Positions 35,243 through 41,623 of a stretch of 41,623 nucleotides of DNA are shown piece after piece. A model generated the notes under the pieces. That model worked only from the letters and a program-made list of their open reading frames with translations. It was not told the DNA's origin and did no database searches. Numbering within the stretch: the stretch's first letter is position 1; the number at the start of each line of letters is the position of its first letter. The DNA is from an uncultured Bacilli bacterium (GTDB lineage: Bacteria; Bacillota_I; Bacilli_A; RF39; UBA660), in contig CAKOYC010000001.1 of assembly GCA_934130265.1 (NCBI GenBank), forward strand, positions 1 to 41,623, written 5' to 3'. The translations under genes were made by a program, and so were the position numbers.

Positions 35243-35698
35243 ATGAAAGATTATGAAATTAATGATGCCACTTTGGCAATCATACCAGAAACAAAAATGA
35301 CTTCTATAGTAGTAGAGGCCGATTATAAGTATAATGTGGAGGCAAGGCCACTAAAGATAATTGACTATAGCTGTAAATATTTTGGAAGCTCATATCTTGG
35401 AAGGAGGGAAGGGGCTAAACAAATATTAAAAACATCATATAAGTTACCTATAATGGTGGATGATAGTAGAAATGTAATTTTTTTTCCTACTGTATCACCA
35501 GAAGAAAATGATTGTTCTTGGTTAGCTTTAAATAGGATAGAAACTATAAATCCAGTCAAAAAAAGAAAAGACTATACAGAAGTAGTATTTGATAATGGAA
35601 AAAAAATAAACATTCCAATTTCATACAAATCAATGGAAAATCAAATTCTTAGAGCTAGTCGTCTAGAATCGGTTATTAGAAACAGAAAAAATCAATAA
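35243..35698 (+). CDS. comK: ComK-family competence transcription factor homologue (short form)
   Basis: 'YEINDATLAIIPE', 'RPLKIIDYSCKYFGSSYLGRREGAKQILKTSYKLPIMVDDSRNVIFFPT' and 'INIPISYKSMENQILRA' align by eye with B. subtilis ComK (YEVNGATIAVLPE / KPLQIVDRSCRFFGSSYAGRKAG...KPPIMVDPSNQIFLFPT / ELPISYNSFENQVYR). SD AGGGGGG is present. Confidence 0.8.
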   Translation: MKDYEINDATLAIIPETKMTSIVVEADYKYNVEARPLKIIDYSCKYFGSSYLGRREGAKQILKTSYKLPIMVDDSRNVIFFPTVSPEENDCSWLALNRIETINPVKKRKDYTEVVFDNGKKINIPISYKSMENQILRASRLESVIRNRKNQ

Positions 35699-35706
35699 TT
35701 TTTTTG

Positions 35707-35740
35707 CTAACATTATTTAATGATGTTAGTTTTTTTTTTA
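35707..35740 (+). terminator. Rho-independent terminator after the comK-like gene
   Basis: CTAACAT (35707-35713) pairs with ATGTTAG (35723-35729), followed by an 11-nt T-run. Confidence 0.6.
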
Positions 35741-35828
35741 TAAAATTAAATTATATAGAAAATAATGGAATTTTAGTTACGGAATAAGTCAAAAAAAGCA
35801 ATTTTTTCTATTTTATTTAAACCAAATA

Positions 35829-35837
35829 TGTTATAAT
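35829..35837 (+). promoter_or_regulatory. Extended -10 element upstream of recF
   Basis: TGTTATAAT at 35829-35837, about 68 nt before the recF ATG. Confidence 0.4.
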
Positions 35838-35904
35838 ATTCTTGCGTGTATGGGTATACTGAAAATGGGTGAAGGTGAAAATATGAAGGCTTTTTTGACT
35901 GAAA

Positions 35905-37020
35905 ATGGAAATTAAACGGTTAAATTTAGTTAATTTTCGTAATTATGGTAAAGTTAATTTAGAATTAGGACCATCTATGAATATATTTATTGGGGAAAAT
36001 GCTTCGGGAAAAACAAATATATTAGAGTCGATAGTTGTTTTAGCATTAACAAAGTCTTATAAGAATATTAATGAAAATAATTTAATAAGGCTCGATAAGA
36101 AGAAGGCTAAAATAAAAGGAACTGTTAAAAATAATAAATCATTAAAAAACTTAGAAATAGAAATTATGGAGACAGGAAAAGCAGTAAAAATTAATAGTAA
36201 GAGAGTTTACTGCTTAGCTGATTATATATCTAATTTAAATATTGTGCTTTTTACTCCTGATGATTTAGAGTTAATAAAAGGTTCTCCTAGTATTCGTAGA
36301 AATTTACTAAATATGGAACTTAGTCAACTTTCATCTTTATATTTAAATACCTATAATCAATATAATAAAATATTAAGAACACGTAATGAATATCTAAAAA
36401 TTCTTTTTACTAATAATATTGCTGATAAAAAATATCTTGATATTTTAACTGAACAATTAATAGATAAAGCAACTGTTATTTATAAACTTAGAAATGAATA
36501 TATAGAAAAAATTAACAAGAATATTAATAGTATTTTTAAGAATATTACTGGTGAAGAAAACTTATCAATTCTGTACAAGCCAAATATTTCCTTTAATAAT
36601 TATGAAGATGGCAGTTTAAAAAATACAATGAAGGAAATTTTGAACAAAAATTATCAAAGAGAGCTTCATATTGGTATGACGTTGTTTGGTCCGCACCGTG
36701 ATGATTTTCAATTTCGACTTAATGATGTGGATATGAAGTTATTTTCTTCACAAGGTCAACAAAAAAGTGCAGTCTTAGCTTATAAGTTGTCAACCATACC
36801 AATATTTGAGGAAAAAAATGGTACAAAACCAGTTTTATTATTAGATGATATATTTAGTGAACTTGACTTGAAAAAGAAAAATCGTTTATTAAAATATGTA
36901 AATCAAGATATTCAAAGTATTATAACAACCACTGATTTAAAAAATATTTCTAAAAAATCATTGGAGAGTGCAACAATATTTAAAGTAAATAATGGTAATG
37001 TTGAAAGGAGTAACAATTAA
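35905..37020 (+). CDS. recF: DNA replication and repair protein RecF
   Basis: '[11 protein letters not shown]', Walker A '[13 protein letters not shown]', and '[11 protein letters not shown]'. An in-frame TGA at 35896-35898 rules out any more upstream ATG start. Confidence 0.93.
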   Translation: MEIKRLNLVNFRNYGKVNLELGPSMNIFIGENASGKTNILESIVVLALTKSYKNINENNLIRLDKKKAKIKGTVKNNKSLKNLEIEIMETGKAVKINSKRVYCLADYISNLNIVLFTPDDLELIKGSPSIRRNLLNMELSQLSSLYLNTYNQYNKILRTRNEYLKILFTNNIADKKYLDILTEQLIDKATVIYKLRNEYIEKINKNINSIFKNITGEENLSILYKPNISFNNYEDGSLKNTMKEILNKNYQRELHIGMTLFGPHRDDFQFRLNDVDMKLFSSQGQQKSAVLAYKLSTIPIFEEKNGTKPVLLLDDIFSELDLKKKNRLLKYVNQDIQSIITTTDLKNISKKSLESATIFKVNNGNVERSNN

Positions 37021-38945
37021 TGGAAAAAGAAAATTTAGCAAAATATGATTCCTCAGCTATTCAGGTATTGGAAGGATTAGAAGCTGTAAGAAAAAGACCT
37101 GGTATGTATATTGGAACTACAAGCAGTAGAGGATTACACCATTTAGTATGGGAAATAGTTGATAATGCTATAGATGAAGCTTTAGCAGGTTATTGTACCC
37201 ATATTGAGGTTACTATTGAAAAGAACAATAGTATTACTGTTAAAGATGATGGTCGTGGTATACCAGTAGATGTTCATCCAAAAACTGGAAAAAGTACTGT
37301 AGAAACTGTATATACAGTATTGCATGCTGGTGGAAAATTTGGAGGTGGTGGATATAAAGTATCTGGTGGCCTTCACGGTGTCGGTGCTAGTGTAGTTAAT
37401 GCTTTGTCCACATATCTAGAAGTAAAAGTATATAAAAATGGTCACGTTTACTATCAAAAATATACTAATGGTGGGCATCCAGTTGAACCTTTAAAAATTA
37501 TAGGTGATTGTGATGAAGATCGTACAGGAACAACAGTAACATTTTTACCTGATAAAGCTATTTTTCAGGAAACTACTGTATTTGATTATGATATATTACG
37601 AAATAGATTACGTGAGCTTGCATTTTTAAATCGTGGTCTCAGAATTACACTATATGATGATAGAGAAGCAGGTAAAAAAGAATCTTTTTGTTACGAAGGC
37701 GGAATTCGTGAATATGTTGAACTTTTAAACAAGTCTAAGCAACCAATACACGACACTATTATTGATGTAACAGGACAAGAAGGAGACATTATGTTAGAAG
37801 TTGCCTTACAATATAATGAAACCTATAGTTCTAGTATTTATTCATTTGTAAATAATATAACAACTCCAGAGGGTGGTACTCATGAAGATGGAGTTAGAAT
37901 GGCCCTTACAAGAATACTAAATAAGTATGCCCAAAGTACTGGTATGATGAAAGATAAGGATGATTCCTTAACTGGTGACGATGTTAAAGAGGGATTAACA
38001 ATGATTGTTTCTATAAAACATCCTAACCCTCAGTTTGAAGGCCAAACAAAAACTAAACTTGGAAATAGTGAAGTTCGTGGTATAGCAAATAGAATTTTTT
38101 CAGCAAATCTTGAAAGATTTTTAATGGAACATCCAGATGAAGCAAAAATAATTATAGAAAAAGCAATGACAGCTTCAAGAGCTAGGGTAGCAGCTAAAAA
38201 AGCAAGAGAATTAACAAGAAGAAAAGGTGATTTAGATGTCACTAACTTCTACGGAAAATTATCTGATTGTAAGAGTAAAGATGCCTCAGAAAGCGAAATA
38301 TTCTTAGTAGAAGGTGATTCTGCTGGTGGTTCTGCTATAAAGGGTAGAAATAGTATGACGCAAGCAATTTTACCATTAAGAGGAAAAATACTTAATGTAG
38401 AAAAGGCAAGATTAGATAGAGCTTTATCAAATGAAGAAATTCGTACTATTATAACAGCTTTTGGTACTGGTATTGGTGAAGAATTTGATTTATCAAAGCT
38501 TAGATATAATAAAATTATTATTATGACAGATGCTGATGTAGATGGTAGTCATATTAGAGTATTACTTTTAACATTATTTTACCGCTTTTTTAAGCCAATT
38601 GTTGAAGCCGGACATGTATATGCTGCTCAACCTCCTTTATTCGTTATAAAGCATGGAAAAACTATCAAATACGTTTTAAATGAGCAAGAAAGAGATGAGT
38701 ATCTAGCAACACTTTCTCCAAATACTAAATATGATATAGCTAGAATGAAAGGTTTAGGAGAAATGGATGCTGAAGAATTAAATGAAACAACAATGGATAT
38801 TCATAAGAGAGTATTAAGACAAATAACTGTTGAAGATGCATTAGCTGCCGATGAAACTTTCTCTAAATTAATGGGTGAAGAAGTAGAACCTAGAAGAGAA
38901 TTTATTGAAACAAATGCAACTTATGTTGAAAACTTAGATATATAG
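37020..38945 (+). CDS. gyrB: DNA gyrase subunit B
   Basis: '[24 protein letters not shown]', 'EGDSAGG' and '[12 protein letters not shown]'. TAATG overlap with recF. Confidence 0.98.
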   Translation: MEKENLAKYDSSAIQVLEGLEAVRKRPGMYIGTTSSRGLHHLVWEIVDNAIDEALAGYCTHIEVTIEKNNSITVKDDGRGIPVDVHPKTGKSTVETVYTVLHAGGKFGGGGYKVSGGLHGVGASVVNALSTYLEVKVYKNGHVYYQKYTNGGHPVEPLKIIGDCDEDRTGTTVTFLPDKAIFQETTVFDYDILRNRLRELAFLNRGLRITLYDDREAGKKESFCYEGGIREYVELLNKSKQPIHDTIIDVTGQEGDIMLEVALQYNETYSSSIYSFVNNITTPEGGTHEDGVRMALTRILNKYAQSTGMMKDKDDSLTGDDVKEGLTMIVSIKHPNPQFEGQTKTKLGNSEVRGIANRIFSANLERFLMEHPDEAKIIIEKAMTASRARVAAKKARELTRRKGDLDVTNFYGKLSDCKSKDASESEIFLVEGDSAGGSAIKGRNSMTQAILPLRGKILNVEKARLDRALSNEEIRTIITAFGTGIGEEFDLSKLRYNKIIIMTDADVDGSHIRVLLLTLFYRFFKPIVEAGHVYAAQPPLFVIKHGKTIKYVLNEQERDEYLATLSPNTKYDIARMKGLGEMDAEELNETTMDIHKRVLRQITVEDALAADETFSKLMGEEVEPRREFIETNATYVENLDI

Positions 38946-38955
38946 GAGGTAAAAA

Positions 38956-41409
38956 ATGGATCGATTAGAAACAAATAATATAGTTAAAGAAGTTCAAGAT
39001 TCCTTTTTGGAATATTCAATGAGTGTAATTGTAGCAAGAGCACTTCCTGATTTAAGAGATGGTCTTAAACCTGTACATCGTCGTATTCTATATTCTATGT
39101 TTGAGTCTGGGTATACACCAGATAAACCACATCGAAAGAGTGCTAAAACGGTAGGAGAGGTTATGGGTAATTATCATCCACATGGTGATAGTTCTATCTA
39201 TGAAGCTATGGTAAGAATGGCTCAAGACTTTTCTTATAGATATATGCTAATTGATGGGCATGGTAATTTTGGTAATATTGAAGGTTACGGAGCAGCAGCA
39301 ATGCGTTACACAGAAACTAGACTTTCTAAGATATCACTTGAATTATTAAGAAATATTAATAAAAATACAGTTAATTTTATTCCAAACTTTGATGAAACTA
39401 CTAAAGAACCAGAAGTTTTACCTTCAAGGTTTCCAAATATTTTAGTAAATGGAACAACTGGTATAGCTGTAGGGATGGCAACTAACATACCACCTCATAA
39501 CTTAGGAGAAGTAATAGATGGTTGTGTTGCTTATATTGATAACCATGATATTACACTAGATGAATTAATGAAATATATTAAAGGACCAGATTTTCCAACA
39601 GGGGCTAATATCTTAGGAAATAGTGGTATAAGAAAAGCTTACGAAACGGGCCGTGGTTCCATTACAATAAGAAGTAAAGCTACAATTGAAGAAAAAAACG
39701 GTCGTCATTATATAATAATTGATGAGGTTCCGTATGGTGTTAATACTTTAGAATTAAAGAATAAAGTTGCAGAACTTGTTCATAATAAGACAATTGAAGG
39801 AATATCTGATTATCATTCTGATTTGAAAAATGGTATTAAGATTACAATTACTTTAAAGAAAGATGCTAACGCTCAAGTTGTACTAAATAAATTATTTAAA
39901 CATACTGCTTTTCAAACAACCTATGGAATAATATTTTTGATGCTAGATCAAGGGGTTCCAAAAACTTTAGGATTAAAAGATATTATAGTTAAGTATATTG
40001 ATTATCAAAAAGAAGTAATAATTCGTAGAACAAAATATGATTTAGATGTAGCCGAGAAAAGAGTACATATCTTAGAAGGATTAAAAATAGCCCTTGATCA
40101 TATTGATGCAGTTATTAAACTAATTCGTGGTTCAAAAACTGATGAAGAAGCTCGCTCTGGACTAATTAATCAATTTGGATTAACTGAGATTCAAGCAAAT
40201 TCGATTTTAGAAATGAAACTACGTCGTTTAACTGGATTAGAGCGTGAAAAGATAGAAAACGAATTAAATGAACTGTTAAAGACTATTGAGAAACTTAAAG
40301 AAATATTAAGTAGTGATGAAAACATTTTGAAAGTTATCAAAGAAGAATTACTAGAAATAAAAGACAAGTATGCTGATGAAAGACGTACTAATATAGATAT
40401 GACAGCTATAGAGTATATAGAGGATGAATCTTTAATACCTGTAGAGGATATAATAGTAACTTTAACCAATAAGGGCTACATTAAACGTATGAAATCAGAT
40501 ACATATAGAGCCCAAAATAGAGGCGGTGTTGGAATAAGAGGCATGTCAACTAATGAGGAAGATTTTGTAGAACAAGTAATTCCAATGAAAACACATGATT
40601 ATTTATTATTCTTTTCGAATAGTGGAAAGGTGTACCGACTAAAAGGCTATGAAATTCCAGAATTTAGTAGACAGTCAAAAGGAATACCAATAGTTAATTT
40701 ATTATCATTAGATAAAAATGAAAACATACGTTCGATGATCGAGTTAGATTCAAATGAAGATAAAATTAAGTATTTGTTATTTACTACAAAAAACGGTTTA
40801 GTAAAGAGAACACCTATTGAGGAATTTAATAACATAAGAAAAAGCGGAAAAATTTCAATTATACTAAAGGAAAATGATGAATTGATTGCTGTAAGAAAAA
40901 CTACTGGTACAGATGAGGTTGTAATTGGAGCTAAAAATGGTAGAATGGTAAGATTCAATGAAACCGAAATTAGATCAATGGGTCGTGGAACTTCCGGAGT
41001 TAAAGGTATAGATTTGACTGATAGTGAAGTAGTAAGTTCTGAAATAATCAATTCCGGAGAAGATATTTTAATTGTAACTGAAAAAGGTTATGGAAAGAAA
41101 ACTTTAATAGATGAATATAGATTGACTCATAGAGGTAGTAAGGGTGTGAAAGCCTTGAATATAACAGAAAAAAATGGAAATATGGTTGCATTGAAGTATG
41201 TTAATCCAAACTATGTTGATAAATTAGATGTTATGATAATAACAGATAGTGGTATAATTATGAGGATGCCATTATCGCAAATTTCAACATTGAAACGAGC
41301 AACTCAAGGAAATAGATTAATTAATTTAAAAGAAAATCAAAAAGTAGCAACTATAGCTATTGTAGAAAAAGAAATTGAATCAGATCAAGCAGAAGAGAAA
41401 AATCAATAG
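38956..41409 (+). CDS. gyrA: DNA gyrase subunit A
   Basis: '[20 protein letters not shown]', QRDR-region '[17 protein letters not shown]', catalytic 'AAAMRYTE', and C-terminal beta-pinwheel repeats. Confidence 0.98.
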   Translation: MDRLETNNIVKEVQDSFLEYSMSVIVARALPDLRDGLKPVHRRILYSMFESGYTPDKPHRKSAKTVGEVMGNYHPHGDSSIYEAMVRMAQDFSYRYMLIDGHGNFGNIEGYGAAAMRYTETRLSKISLELLRNINKNTVNFIPNFDETTKEPEVLPSRFPNILVNGTTGIAVGMATNIPPHNLGEVIDGCVAYIDNHDITLDELMKYIKGPDFPTGANILGNSGIRKAYETGRGSITIRSKATIEEKNGRHYIIIDEVPYGVNTLELKNKVAELVHNKTIEGISDYHSDLKNGIKITITLKKDANAQVVLNKLFKHTAFQTTYGIIFLMLDQGVPKTLGLKDIIVKYIDYQKEVIIRRTKYDLDVAEKRVHILEGLKIALDHIDAVIKLIRGSKTDEEARSGLINQFGLTEIQANSILEMKLRRLTGLEREKIENELNELLKTIEKLKEILSSDENILKVIKEELLEIKDKYADERRTNIDMTAIEYIEDESLIPVEDIIVTLTNKGYIKRMKSDTYRAQNRGGVGIRGMSTNEEDFVEQVIPMKTHDYLLFFSNSGKVYRLKGYEIPEFSRQSKGIPIVNLLSLDKNENIRSMIELDSNEDKIKYLLFTTKNGLVKRTPIEEFNNIRKSGKISIILKENDELIAVRKTTGTDEVVIGAKNGRMVRFNETEIRSMGRGTSGVKGIDLTDSEVVSSEIINSGEDILIVTEKGYGKKTLIDEYRLTHRGSKGVKALNITEKNGNMVALKYVNPNYVDKLDVMIITDSGIIMRMPLSQISTLKRATQGNRLINLKENQKVATIAIVEKEIESDQAEEKNQ

Positions 41410-41426
41410 TAATTTCTCTTTTTTTG
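41393..41426 (+). terminator. Candidate terminator after gyrA
   Basis: AAGAGAAA (41393-41400) pairs with TTTCTCTT (41413-41420). 12-nt loop, followed by TTTTT. The stem is AT-rich and therefore weak. Confidence 0.35.
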
Positions 41427-41552
41427 TTTCCAGTAAATAATTTAATTAAGCAAATAAATAGACAATATGTAAGTTAAAAGAGAAATATAAGATCAAATAA
41501 AACAATTAGATATAATTCAATATTTTATGTGAAACAAGAGCGAAGGAAAAAA

Positions 41553-41568
41553 TATTTCCCGGGAAATA
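41553..41568. promoter_or_regulatory. Noc-binding site (NBS) palindrome
   Basis: tATTTCCCGGGAAATa is a perfect 16-bp palindrome. The 14-bp core at 41554-41567 equals the published B. subtilis NBS consensus ATTTCCCGGGAAAT as I recall it. I saw no other CCCGGG in the window (by eye). Confidence 0.7.
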
Positions 41569-41623
41569 ATTAGATAAGTAAGTAGATAATATATATTTAG
41601 AAAAATAAAATAAGTCCGAATAA

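Noticed and set aside
37182-41051. Antisense ORFs inside gyrB/gyrA (37182-37376, 38030-38242, 39306-39488, 40191-40469, 40647-41051)
   Set aside because: All are antisense to unambiguous gyrase coding sequence. They are S/I/L/F-rich with no SD, which is typical of codon-bias shadow ORFs.
41521-41536. parS-like 16-mer TATTTTATGTGAAACA, 17 bp upstream of the NBS
   Set aside because: Only 13 of 16 positions match TGTTTCACGTGAAACA, and the left half-site is essentially destroyed. Functional parS sites usually tolerate 1-2 mismatches. By eye I found no better parS anywhere in the window, including inside spo0J. A computational scan is needed before concluding absence.
1-41623. Looked for CRISPR repeats, IS/transposase or integrase genes, phage modules, toxin-antitoxin pairs, defence systems and tRNA/rRNA genes
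   Set aside because: None was found. Every ORF over 100 aa with translation signals is a recognisable housekeeping gene, except the 228-aa protein at 29249-29935. No long direct or inverted repeats were noticed by eye. A computational repeat and tRNA scan would be more reliable.

Overview
This is an AT-rich, low-GC Firmicutes/Bacillota chromosomal replication-origin region. GC was judged by eye, not computed. The + strand carries dnaA-dnaN-(comK-like)-recF-gyrB-gyrA. The - strand carries rpmH-rnpA-yidC-jag-(unknown 228 aa)-mnmE-mnmG-rsmG-noc-soj-spo0J-mscS-DUF951-abgT-ychF-rpsF-ssb-rpsR-DHH-rplI-dnaB-M23-yycJ-rlmH-ung. Further on come lemA-like, a class A PBP, DUF1934-argS, rpoE, prfA-prmC-spoIIR-mntP, murA and an SGNH hydrolase. 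Synteny closely follows the Bacillus subtilis 0/360 degree region. The combination of spoIIR, the RNAP delta subunit (rpoE) and very low GC suggests a spore-forming Bacilli/Erysipelotrichia-like organism, but that is only a guess. A bipartite oriC is readable directly: DnaA-box clusters flank dnaA, and a pure A/T tract precedes dnaN. I found no rRNA, tRNA, CRISPR array, transposase or phage gene, and no convincing novel multi-gene system; the window is mostly core housekeeping. The unusual points are local. (1) A Noc-type ParB carries a ~250-aa low-complexity insertion and lacks an N-terminal membrane-targeting peptide. (2) A perfect Noc-binding-site palindrome lies downstream of gyrA. (3) An unrecognisable 228-aa gene is wedged between jag and mnmE and overlaps the mnmE start. 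(4) A ComK-family gene sits where yaaA/rlbA normally lies, with Spo0A-box-like motifs in its promoter. (5) A short stand-alone DHH/DHHA1 protein occupies the gdpP position. (6) An M23/LysM/G5 peptidase sits where walRK-yycHI lie in Bacillus. (7) A 50-aa ORF below the ORF-track size cutoff has its own SD and terminator. (8) The SGNH hydrolase is possibly interrupted at the window edge. All family assignments come from motif recognition by eye; no database search was possible.
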